Part shown: positions 47,853 to 56,683 of the stretch, in pieces
How positions within the stretch are numbered: the stretch's first letter is position 1
Layout of the letters: each line of letters starts with the position of its first letter
Assembly (NCBI GenBank): GCA_041862375.1
Contig: JBGVTE010000091.1
Span: 18,975 to 82,974 of the forward strand
From: Candidatus Aminicenantaceae bacterium
GTDB lineage: Bacteria > Acidobacteriota > Aminicenantia > Aminicenantales > Aminicenantaceae
Direction: 5' to 3'
DNA length: 64,000 nt
The notes under the pieces: model-generated
The model's database searches: none
Seen by the model: the letters and a program-made list of their open reading frames with translations, nothing else
Told to the model about the DNA's origin: nothing
Position numbers and translations under genes: made by a program

Positions 47853-49073
47853 TTGAACGGTCCCTTGAAAAAAATCGCTATTTTTTCTCTATTTTTACTT
47901 ACTATTCCTTACATTTCAAACGGATTCATCTGTTTAAGCCAAAAGAAAGCCCCTTCTTCAATAAAAAATATATCTTCTATTGAAAATGATCTTTTCGAGC
48001 TGGTTAACAAGGAAAGAGAAAAGAAAGGGCTTTTTTCACTTGTACTTTCTAAGAAATTGAGCCTTCTTGCTCGAAAGCACAGCCAGGATATGTCAGCTTC
48101 ACAGAACCTTTCTCATCTCTCCTCTTCACAAAAATCTTATGTCAATCGCCTTGTGGAAGCGGGGTTCTACTTCATTTCTTCAGGGGAAAATATCGCTTTC
48201 AGTGAAACATTTATGGCTGAATTCATCAATCACTCCTTCATGGAAAGTCCAGAACACAGGGAAAACATCCTAGAATCCTCTTTTAACCATGTAGGAATAG
48301 GAATCGCTCTTGGGAAACAAAAAGGTTATTACATCACTATGGATTTTCTCCAACTTTTTGACCCAAAAACAGAAAAAGAGGTAAAAGAAGAGATTAGAGA
48401 AAGGATAAACAATCTGAGACGTGAGAATTCACTATCTCCTCTTCAATTCGCTGAAACAGCAGATGAATTTGCCCGTGCATTCTCCTTCAGAAAAGCTGAA
48501 AGAAGGCTCCCACCCCAGATGCCATCTTATTTTGGTGAAAACCACATTATCTATACTGCGTCGCCTTCCCTACATAAAGCTTACTCTGAATACAAAGATA
48601 TCGTAGTGAATTCCACTTATAAAAAAGCAGGAGTAGGCGTTGTTTTCAGCCGAAATTTAGAATACCGAGGCGGAGCTTACTTTATTACAATTATCCTTTT
48701 TCCTGATAGCAAACAGAAATCCTGGAGTAAAAAAGATCTTAGGCAAATGGTCTTCCAGACCGTAAATAAGCTCAGAAAAAATAATAGCCTATGCCAATTC
48801 AAAATGGACAAATCCCTTGTTACTCTAGCAGAAAAGATAGTAAAAGAAATGCTCACCGAGAGAAGAACTATAAGAATAAGCCCTAAACGTCGTAAGAATA
48901 TCGCAGTTCTTTCTTATGTAACAGAAGATCCAACTTTGCTTTCCCCAAATACAGAAGAAAAACTACGAAATAATCTTATTTTTCACAAAAAAATTGGCAT
49001 AGGAATTCAATTTGGCAAAAATAAAATATCTCCGCAAGGAGCTTTCTGGATAACCATCCTTCTAGAGGAGTAA
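47853..49073 (+). CDS. Secreted protein with two CAP/SCP (PR-1-like, YkwD-type) domains
   Basis: Signal peptide. SGENIAFS and SPEHRENIL...NHVGIGI CAP motifs in the first half. A weaker second copy in the second half. Confidence 0.5.
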   Translation: MNGPLKKIAIFSLFLLTIPYISNGFICLSQKKAPSSIKNISSIENDLFELVNKEREKKGLFSLVLSKKLSLLARKHSQDMSASQNLSHLSSSQKSYVNRLVEAGFYFISSGENIAFSETFMAEFINHSFMESPEHRENILESSFNHVGIGIALGKQKGYYITMDFLQLFDPKTEKEVKEEIRERINNLRRENSLSPLQFAETADEFARAFSFRKAERRLPPQMPSYFGENHIIYTASPSLHKAYSEYKDIVVNSTYKKAGVGVVFSRNLEYRGGAYFITIILFPDSKQKSWSKKDLRQMVFQTVNKLRKNNSLCQFKMDKSLVTLAEKIVKEMLTERRTIRISPKRRKNIAVLSYVTEDPTLLSPNTEEKLRNNLIFHKKIGIGIQFGKNKISPQGAFWITILLEE

Positions 49074-49077
49074 AAAA

Positions 49078-50298
49078 ATGATTACAATTTCAAGAAGAAG
49101 TTTCCTGATGATCTCAAGCTTGAATTCAGCATCGCTGCTCTCACTATTTAGGGTAAAGAAACACTTACTTTCAAGTTCAATCGAGAAATCTTCACTTCCC
49201 CAGAGTCACGATCCCTGGATAGAATTAAACCTCGAAAACATGGATTGGAATCTAAACCAGATAAGAAAGTTAGTAAAAGTACATATCATGGCTGTGATAA
49301 AAGCAAACGGGTATGGTCACGGGTTAGTTGAGGTAGGTCAGTATCTCGAGAAAAAAGGCATTGATTATTTAATGGTGGGAAAACTCCAGGAAGCCATTCT
49401 TTTGAGGGAAGCGGGAGTCACAACTCCCATACTCAACTTTGGTTATTTCCCTCCAAATGAAGCCGCCGAGATCATCCGCCATGACATATCTCAATCCGTG
49501 TTTGCTGAGACAGTCACAAGCCTTAATCGAGCCTCTCTCAAGCAGGGAAAAAAGGCTAAAATTCATATCCACATAGATACAGGGATGGGAAGAATGGGAA
49601 TTTTCTACCATAAAGCTCTCCCCTATATTGAGAGGGTGGCTTCAATGAAAGGTCTTATTATTGAGGGAATTTCGACAACTCTTACCGAGGATGATGATTT
49701 TGATCGAGAACAACTTCACCGCTTTAACCGTCTTTGTCAAAAAGCTGAATCCCAGGGTATTTCCTTGGGTCTCAAACACGCGGCCAGTTCAGATGGGATA
49801 CTGGATTTGCCGGAAGCTGCGCTTGATATGGTAAGGCCCGGCATTACTCTCTACGGGTATTATCCATCGGAAAAAACTCAAAAGGCGGACAGACTCCATT
49901 TAAAACCTGTCCTTCAACTAAAGACCCGTGTGGTTGCGGTTAAAACACTCCGGCCAGGGGATTCTCTTTCCTATCACCGAAAATACACAGTTCAAAAAAA
50001 AGAAAAAATTGCAATAATTCCTGTCGGATATTCAGACGGTTATCCATCGGATGCAGTCAACAAAGCCTCAGTTTTAATCAAGGGAAAAAGATTCCCACTG
50101 GTGGCTTCGATTACTGCCAACCATTGCATAGCTCTTTTGAAGGATGGCTATCACGTTATTCCTGGAGATGAAGTCGTCCTTATCGGCTCCCAAGGAAAGG
50201 AAAAAATTACAGCTGATGATATTGCCATTTGGGGAGGTGTTTCGACCTACAAAATATTAATCGGACTAAATCCCCTTCTTCCCAGGATAATTGTTTAG
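49078..50298 (+). CDS. alr: Alanine racemase-family PLP enzyme with N-terminal twin-arginine-like signal (SRRSFLMISSLNSASLL)
   Basis: PLP-lysine motif AVIKANGYGHG. C-terminal beta-domain. ~45-aa N-terminal extension containing an RRxFL motif. Confidence 0.75.
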   Translation: MITISRRSFLMISSLNSASLLSLFRVKKHLLSSSIEKSSLPQSHDPWIELNLENMDWNLNQIRKLVKVHIMAVIKANGYGHGLVEVGQYLEKKGIDYLMVGKLQEAILLREAGVTTPILNFGYFPPNEAAEIIRHDISQSVFAETVTSLNRASLKQGKKAKIHIHIDTGMGRMGIFYHKALPYIERVASMKGLIIEGISTTLTEDDDFDREQLHRFNRLCQKAESQGISLGLKHAASSDGILDLPEAALDMVRPGITLYGYYPSEKTQKADRLHLKPVLQLKTRVVAVKTLRPGDSLSYHRKYTVQKKEKIAIIPVGYSDGYPSDAVNKASVLIKGKRFPLVASITANHCIALLKDGYHVIPGDEVVLIGSQGKEKITADDIAIWGGVSTYKILIGLNPLLPRIIV

Positions 50299-50313
50299 AG
50301 AGGAGAAAAAGCA

Positions 50314-50796
50314 ATGATCAAAGAAAGAATTTCGAGAAGAAATTTTATGGGAAGTCTCGTAGCTTCGGCAGTGGTTGTTCACTTAAGTGGTTATTCTTGG
50401 CTTAACCTTTCATATTCAAATCCTGTCTTCAAGAGGAAGTATGATGGGGGATACCCTGAGGGAGCGTGCCTCCTAAATTCTAACTAAAATCCTCTGGGGC
50501 CCGCACCCAAGGCTCTAAAAGCTATGGAAAAAGCCCTTTCCCAGGCTCACCGTTACACGTCTGGTGACCAGCTGCTTGAAGAACTAGCCTCGTTTCACAA
50601 CGTTTCCAAGGATATGATGATTGCAGGCTGCGGTTCTACAGAATTCTTAAGGATAGCTCCTTGGGCTTTCCTCCGTCAGGGAGAAGAATTAATTACTGCA
50701 CTCCAAACTTACAAGACATTAGGCAGGGAAGCAGAAAAAATTGGAGCTAAAGTCACCTGGATTCCTCTTAAAAAGAATTTTTCTTTTGACCTTTAA
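50314..50796 (+). pseudogene. Frameshifted/truncated class I/II (HisC-like) aminotransferase with Tat-type signal (ISRRNFMGSLVASAVV)
   Basis: RBS aggag precedes the ATG at 50314. Frame 1 stops after 57 aa. A second frame continues NPLGPAPKALKAMEKALSQAHRYTSGDQLLEELA...GCGSTEF...GEEL, matching the N-terminal third of HisC-like aminotransferases. It then ends, with no remainder of the ~350-aa fold. Confidence 0.45.
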
Positions 50797-50813
50797 AATA
50801 AAACGGATTAAAT

Positions 50814-51077
50814 CTATAAACGGAAGGGTATTCCCCCTCTGATCAGAAATCCATCCCAAATTCCAGCATCAATCAATAAGTATAAATTGTCGTAAATTGG
50901 TCCTTTTATCCCAAAATTTATTTGAAAAAAAGGCAGGAATCCAGGGATAAACAAATTCTTCCCGACAAGTTCCAGCTCATCCTTAAGCTGCTTTAAAGTC
51001 ATCTTACCTGTATCCTCATAGTACTCCGAGGCAATATCTTCAATGTCCATAACACAGAGATCATACGATGTCAACAT
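50814..51077 (-). CDS. Hypothetical protein
   Basis: ORF only. Confidence 0.2.
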   Translation of the reverse strand: MLTSYDLCVMDIEDIASEYYEDTGKMTLKQLKDELELVGKNLFIPGFLPFFQINFGIKGPIYDNLYLLIDAGIWDGFLIRGGIPFRL

Positions 51078-51212
51078 TCTTCATGATCTGTCAAATTGTT
51101 GAAAATTTTACTTTTTTACTAAAGGGAGCATCCCGATTTCAGTAATTGCCAACGTTTATTCACCTCACTTGAAAGTCTTTGGATACGGTTGAAGAGAAAA
51201 AGGCGTAATTTT

Positions 51213-51234
51213 CATCACGGAAAAAAAGATGCTT
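51213..51234. repeat. Solo copy of the CATCACGGAAAAAAAGATGCTT repeat with an adjacent partial element (51150-51212)
   Basis: catcacggaaaaaaagatgctt. The upstream ggatacggttgaagagaaaaaggcg resembles 54884-54910 inside the composite element. Confidence 0.45.
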
Positions 51235-51601
51235 ACTTATTATTTTTGCAATTTTTTTATAAATCAATACAATAGAGTTTATTTCAGTTCAAGCTAAAAT
51301 ATTTTTTTATCAGTCAAATTTATCTCGAAAAAGGAGGAAGAAGTAAAAACACCACTTCATTAAAAGAAAAAACGCCGCTCTTGCCTATAGGTGGGATATG
51401 CTTTACCACAGATAGAAATCTAGACGAGTAAAAAAGTGACTCATTGATTTGATTTCGTAATTTTGATACCTTGTTTTTGACTTGAATATCCCTGGGATAA
51501 GGATTTATCATGAAAAAATGCCAAGGAGTAACATTGAAGCCCTCAACTAATATGGATAGAAAAGCTTGATTCCAATAATATTGATTTACAAAGGAGGTGC
51601 A

Positions 51602-52186
51602 ATGTCAAAAATAATTTTTGCTTGCTTAATTCTCATCTCTTTCTTCGCCTTTCCCTACTTGGTTTCAACAGCCGAATCAAACCCAAAGGTTGTTATGAAT
51701 ACCAACAAAGGCAAGATAGTTATCGAGCTTTTTGCAGATAAGGCACCCGTAACTGTAAAAAATTTCTTATCCTATGTTGATGAGGGCTTCTACGACGGGA
51801 CAATTTTTCACCGGGTAATAAAGGGATTCATGATTCAAGGAGGAGGGCTGACCGCAGATTTTTATGAGAAACCCACTGGAGCTCCCATAAAAAACGAAGC
51901 TGCAAACAAGTCGAAAAACAAAAGAGGTACTATCGCCATGGCCCGAACAAACGAAATACACAGTGCAACAAGCCAGTTTTTCATCAATCACGCAGACAAT
52001 CCTTTCTTAGACTATAAGAATAGCACTCCAGAAGGTTACGGATACGCTGTGTTTGGGAAGGTCATTGAAGGAATAGAAGTCGTAGACAGTATAGCAAATG
52101 TCAAAACAATGAAAAAGGGCGAATTCGAAGACGTTCCAAGGGAGACTATAAAAATCATTTCTATCCGTCGGCTTGAAAATAATTAA
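51602..52186 (+). CDS. ppiA: Secreted cyclophilin-type peptidyl-prolyl cis-trans isomerase
   Basis: RBS aaaggagg. Signal peptide [17 protein letters not shown]. Cyclophilin motifs [14 protein letters not shown] and SQFFIN. Confidence 0.85.
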   Translation: MSKIIFACLILISFFAFPYLVSTAESNPKVVMNTNKGKIVIELFADKAPVTVKNFLSYVDEGFYDGTIFHRVIKGFMIQGGGLTADFYEKPTGAPIKNEAANKSKNKRGTIAMARTNEIHSATSQFFINHADNPFLDYKNSTPEGYGYAVFGKVIEGIEVVDSIANVKTMKKGEFEDVPRETIKIISIRRLENN

Positions 52187-52235
52187 CTTTTTATAGAATT
52201 TATGCCTCGGAGAACATTACTCAATAACGATTTCA

Positions 52236-52430
52236 ATGTCTGACTGGATATTCGCCTTCTTCCATCTTTTCCTTCTCATCGGTATTCTATGCTATGCAAC
52301 TTACTCTCTTTTCCAAGGAAATATTCTGAGATTTGCTATCATAATCATCCTTCTTATCGGTTATTACTTCCTCATACTTCATAAAGGAGTAAAACTAGAA
52401 ATAGAAAGAAAGAAGAAAAAGAGATTGTGA
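52236..52430 (+). CDS. Small two-TM membrane protein, hypothetical
   Basis: ORF with two hydrophobic helices and a KKKKR tail. Confidence 0.25.
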   Translation: MSDWIFAFFHLFLLIGILCYATYSLFQGNILRFAIIIILLIGYYFLILHKGVKLEIERKKKKRL

Positions 52431-52448
52431 AGGGAGGATTTAGCCTCG

Positions 52449-53336
52449 GTGCCTGTCTTTTTTGCTTTTTCGGATGAATCAGGAAAATATAAAAAAGAAC
52501 GAAATGATAAATTCATCTCAAAAAATCCTTTTTATTGCCGATCAGCAGTTTTAATCGAAGCTCAAGATTGGCTAAAACTCCATAATGAATTTTTTACACT
52601 CAAAAAAGAACACCTGAATGTCGAATATAACCAAGAAATAAAATGGTCCTATGTTTGGTCTCTCTACAAACATCGCCAGAAAAAAGAAAAAATCCCACAG
52701 CTCAAGCCCTATTTTCCCTTCCGCAATCATTCATTGGATCTGCTGGTTGAATTTATCCGGAAAACCTTCATGCTCCTCAACAAATGTGAAAATTGTCAAA
52801 TTATACTTACTCTCACTTTTAACGACAGGGAAAAGACAAAACCTGTTGAAACAAAAAAAATTGTAAAGCTCCATCTGAATCATATGTTAGACGCAGTCGA
52901 AACTGAAATGAAGTATATTCCTGAAAGTGTCTGTGTAGTCTTTCTAAATCCTGAAGAGCCCCTTCTGGAGAAACAAACAAAAGAAGCTTTCTCTGAAATT
53001 TATGGTAATCAGGCACAGCTAAAATACCCTCATATAAAGGACAGCGTTAACTTTGAATATTTTTCTCAAAGCTTCGGCAGTCAACTGGCAGACTACACTG
53101 CAGGCGTCTTCAACGGCTGCTGCCGTTTGTACCCTCAAAGTATAGACCTTTTTCGCCATCAAATCTGGCCAAAAATAGTAACAAAAGAAAACAAAACGAT
53201 CGGATACGGAATAACAGAAATACCTAAAAATTTAAAAAACAGAATCTATCTTGAACAAATCTTAGAAAAAGTATTCATGGCCAAAGCAGAGGATATTCAG
53301 ATAAGCCTGGAAGAAAGATTAAAATCAAAAAATTAA
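52449..53336 (+). CDS. DUF3800-family protein
   Basis: N-terminal FAFSDESGKY (the DESG motif). C-terminal SQLADYTAGV block. GTG start. Confidence 0.4.
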   Translation: MPVFFAFSDESGKYKKERNDKFISKNPFYCRSAVLIEAQDWLKLHNEFFTLKKEHLNVEYNQEIKWSYVWSLYKHRQKKEKIPQLKPYFPFRNHSLDLLVEFIRKTFMLLNKCENCQIILTLTFNDREKTKPVETKKIVKLHLNHMLDAVETEMKYIPESVCVVFLNPEEPLLEKQTKEAFSEIYGNQAQLKYPHIKDSVNFEYFSQSFGSQLADYTAGVFNGCCRLYPQSIDLFRHQIWPKIVTKENKTIGYGITEIPKNLKNRIYLEQILEKVFMAKAEDIQISLEERLKSKN

Positions 53337-53400
53337 CATGACAGGATCATCAACTTGTAGGAATGCATACGATATATTTAGAAAATAGTAATGCTGAGAA

Positions 53401-54792
53401 ATGGATTTTTTTGATCGATCAATCCGCTTCTTGGGTTCCTTAGTCTGGGGCCCTCAGACAGTCATTCTCCTCTTGGGTGTTGGGCTGTATCTGACTTTTC
53501 GCCTGCGCTTTGTCCAGTTGAAACGCCTCGGACTTTCATTTCGTTTTCTTATCAGTCAGAGAGATTACGGAGAAAGTAGGAAAGAACGAACAGGAGACAT
53601 TTCACCTTTCCAGGCATTAACCACATCATTGGCATGTACTGTCGGAAATGGAAATATCGCCGGGGTTTGCACAGCTATTGCCATGGGTGGGCCTGGAGCA
53701 GTGTTCTGGATGTGGCTTTCTGCTTTTTTCGGTATGGCGACAAAGCTGGTAGAAGCTGTCTTGGGTCAGAAATTTAGGAAAGTTGCCCCTGACGGGACCA
53801 TAGCTGGAGGTCCCATGTTTTACATAAGTAAAGGGCTGAATCTCCCCTGGCTAGCTGGTCTCTTTGCTTTCTTTATGGGCTGTAAACCTCTATTTTCTAC
53901 CACTACCATCCAGTCTAACTCTATTGCTCTGGCACTGAAGACCCAGTTGGGACTAGAGCCCTGGATCTCCGGACTCGGGTTGGCTATCCTAACCTGGTTG
54001 GTCATCATCGGTGGAATTAAATCTATAGCCAAAGTAACAGAATTTTTAAGCCCATTCATGGTACTTTTGTACATATTTGGTGCTCTGTTTGTCATCATTG
54101 TTTTTGCATCCCGCCTTCCTCACGCTTTTTACCTCATCTTTGTAGGAGCTTTCAAACCTTCAGCTATAGCTGGAGGAGTGGCAGGCATGACAGTACTCAG
54201 GGCCATGCGTTATGGGCTTGCCCGCGGAGCTTATTCGAATGAAGCGGGGACAGGAACAGCAGCTGTCTTCCATGCAACGGCCAGAACGAGTGAGCCTGTT
54301 CGACAAGGCCTGATTGCCTCATTAGATGTATTTATAGACACTATTGTGATATGCAGTCTCACTGCACTTGCAGTGCTTGTGAGCGGAGCATGGACAGAGG
54401 GAACAAGCACCGGAATGACAGCCGCTGCTTTTAACGCTGGTCTTCCCAGGATTGGTGGTTTGGTTGTCGCGGCAAGTTCTTTTCTCTTTGGCTATTCGAG
54501 CCTCATCGCTGTTCCTTATTACGGAGAAATATCCTTCAGCTATCTACTTGGAATCTGGATAAAACGACCTTTCCGATGGATTTTTTGCCTTGTGATTTTC
54601 ATCGGTGCAGTGCTCGAAGTTGAAGTAGCCTGGTCTATCGGAGATGTCTTCAACGGTATGATGGCCTTTACTAATTTAATTGGTATAGTTGGATTATCCA
54701 GTCTGGCTATTGTCTATGTAAAAAAATATTTACTAGAAATAGACAGGAAAAGAAAATCACATAATTCCTCAAACAAATTGTTCAAAGATTAG
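53401..54792 (+). CDS. Alanine/glycine:cation symporter (AGCS family)
   Basis: The N-terminus FDRSIRFLGSLVWGPQTVILLLGVGLYLTFRLRFVQLK is typical of AGCS transporters. ~11 TM helices. Confidence 0.85.
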   Translation: MDFFDRSIRFLGSLVWGPQTVILLLGVGLYLTFRLRFVQLKRLGLSFRFLISQRDYGESRKERTGDISPFQALTTSLACTVGNGNIAGVCTAIAMGGPGAVFWMWLSAFFGMATKLVEAVLGQKFRKVAPDGTIAGGPMFYISKGLNLPWLAGLFAFFMGCKPLFSTTTIQSNSIALALKTQLGLEPWISGLGLAILTWLVIIGGIKSIAKVTEFLSPFMVLLYIFGALFVIIVFASRLPHAFYLIFVGAFKPSAIAGGVAGMTVLRAMRYGLARGAYSNEAGTGTAAVFHATARTSEPVRQGLIASLDVFIDTIVICSLTALAVLVSGAWTEGTSTGMTAAAFNAGLPRIGGLVVAASSFLFGYSSLIAVPYYGEISFSYLLGIWIKRPFRWIFCLVIFIGAVLEVEVAWSIGDVFNGMMAFTNLIGIVGLSSLAIVYVKKYLLEIDRKRKSHNSSNKLFKD

Positions 54793-54827
54793 CAATACTC
54801 ACGCAACATTCATAGAGAATAAGAAAT

Positions 54828-55117
54828 GGAAGCATCTTTTTTCCCATGATGAAAATTAAAATAGTCATTAAGCGATGGGCATACGGCTTGAAGGCACGCT
54901 CGCTTTGCCCCAGCAAGTCAAAGCGGCTCGATTCAAGCTTCGCTCTTCTCTCGGGGTCAGGCTTTGTCATTATGGTGAGCATTGGAATATTTTTATGCTT
55001 TGGGCATCTTTTCGTAATAAAGCCTGACCCCAGAACCATGCCCGCTCAGCCTTCATACGACCTTCTTCACCGTATGCCCACGCTTGTCTTTCCTTATCAC
55101 GGAAAAAAGATGCGGAC
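54828..55117. repeat. ~290-bp composite repeat element with outer inverted repeats and a nested GGGGTCAGGCTTT...AAAGCCTGACCCC palindrome
   Basis: Left end is ggaagcatcttttttcccatgatg (54828-54851) and right end is atcacggaaaaaagatgcggac (55096-55117). Inner inverted repeat at 54962-54974 / 55028-55040. Confidence 0.5.
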
Positions 55118-55200
55118 GCAAGAAATATAATGTTGATTTTTTTTAAAAACCTATATATTGTAGGCGTATCAAAATTGACGAGGGATTCAGGAAAAAACTC

Positions 55201-55842
55201 ATGAGAATTGCAAAAGAAGGATTACCTTTCATGGCACCTTTTTTTGTTTTAGCTATTATTTCAATCATAATCGGCTACTGGCACATTTCTATAATCTTCT
55301 TAATCATAGCTTTCTGCTTTATCTATTTTTTTCGTGATCCTCAACGCAAAATTCCCCAAAATAAAAACCTGCTGACATCTCCTGCTGATGGAAAAATAGT
55401 GAAAATTCAAACGGTTGAATCACATCCTTCTTTTCCTTCTTCTGTGACAATAGTAAGCATTTTCTTATCCCTTTTTGATGTCCATATAACACGATCTCCC
55501 CTTTTCGGAATTGTCAAAGAAATGGAGAATAAGCCTGGCCAATTCTTTCCAGCATACAAGGATGAAGCTAGTTCAAGAAATAAATCCAATTCACTATTCA
55601 TAGACGGCAATGAAGTAAACATTCTTATCAAGCAGATTGCAGGTGTATTAGCACGCAGAATAAAATGTTTTGTCGAGAAAAACAGGAGAATTAAGCAAGG
55701 AGAAAAAATAGGCTTGATCTATTTTGGTTCCAGGGTCGAGGTATTTCTTCCCCAGGGATTAGACATAAAAATTAATGTTGGCCAAAAAGTCAAAGCAGGA
55801 GAAACAGTAATTGCTGAGATAACAAAGAGAGAAGGATATTGA
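55201..55842 (+). CDS. psd: Phosphatidylserine decarboxylase proenzyme (short archaeal-type form)
   Basis: FRDPQRK...SPADGKIV...LSLFDVHITRSP...GEKIGLIYFGSRVEVFLP, with the GS self-cleavage site near the C-terminus. Overlaps pssA by 4 nt. Confidence 0.8.
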   Translation: MRIAKEGLPFMAPFFVLAIISIIIGYWHISIIFLIIAFCFIYFFRDPQRKIPQNKNLLTSPADGKIVKIQTVESHPSFPSSVTIVSIFLSLFDVHITRSPLFGIVKEMENKPGQFFPAYKDEASSRNKSNSLFIDGNEVNILIKQIAGVLARRIKCFVEKNRRIKQGEKIGLIYFGSRVEVFLPQGLDIKINVGQKVKAGETVIAEITKREGY

Positions 55843-56588
55843 AACTTCGAAGGATTTATTTTTTACCCAATTTATTGACTATAATTAATATCTTCCTCGG
55901 CTTTCTCAGCCTCTTAGCTACTTACAGAGGAAATTACTCATTAGCAGCTTTCTGGATAATTATCGCTGCAGTAATGGATGCTATAGACGGAATTATCGCA
56001 CGTGCAACCAAGACTCAATCTGATTTTGGTATTCAGCTTGATTCTCTTGCTGATGCTTTCTCCTTTGGTGCAGCACCGGCATTTCTCCTCTATTTCTGGG
56101 GATTTATGCATGTCGGCCCCTCGAGTGCTGGAATCTTCTTCAGCTTCATATTTCTTGCAGCAGGAATTCTCCGTTTAGCCCGCTACAACACGCTCCAGAA
56201 GACTACAACAGACAGGAAATTATATACAGGATTGACTGTCCCATCAGCCTCACTGCTCATAGTAGCCATTGTTTTCTACCATCCACAACCAATCACTGTG
56301 AAATTGCACACGCTTCTACTAGCATTACTAGCCTCAACTCTTGCTTTTTTCATGATCAGCTCAATACCATACAAGAATTTTCTTAATTTTAATTTCCGCC
56401 AGATAATCGACCTCAAAACTTCTCTGATTATTACCATCATCTTCACCAGTCTAATCATCTTTCCAAAGATTCTCCTTCTTATTGTCTTCTCAATTAACGT
56501 TCTATCCGGCCCAGCAACATACATCTTCAATTATTTAAAAAAGAAAGTGCAGAAAAAAGAAAAGCAGAAAGAGGCCAAACTTCCATAG
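55839..56588 (+). CDS. pssA: CDP-diacylglycerol--serine O-phosphatidyltransferase
   Basis: CDP-alcohol phosphatidyltransferase motif DAIDGIIARATKTQSDFGIQLDSLADAFSFG. Multi-TM. Confidence 0.8.
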   Translation: MKLRRIYFLPNLLTIINIFLGFLSLLATYRGNYSLAAFWIIIAAVMDAIDGIIARATKTQSDFGIQLDSLADAFSFGAAPAFLLYFWGFMHVGPSSAGIFFSFIFLAAGILRLARYNTLQKTTTDRKLYTGLTVPSASLLIVAIVFYHPQPITVKLHTLLLALLASTLAFFMISSIPYKNFLNFNFRQIIDLKTSLIITIIFTSLIIFPKILLLIVFSINVLSGPATYIFNYLKKKVQKKEKQKEAKLP

Positions 56589-56683
56589 AGAATAAAAGGA
56601 ATAAAGTTAAGTTTCGAACTAGTACAATCGTTTAGGTTTTTTCGACCTGTATTTTGCAGATAACCGCTCAGATGCCTTTTCTA

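Noticed and set aside
54782-55130. ORFs 54782-55039 (minus strand) and 54846-55130 (plus strand) as genes
   Set aside because: They lie entirely within the composite inverted-repeat element, and their sequence is repeat-derived (one ends in the repeated ...HGKKMR motif).
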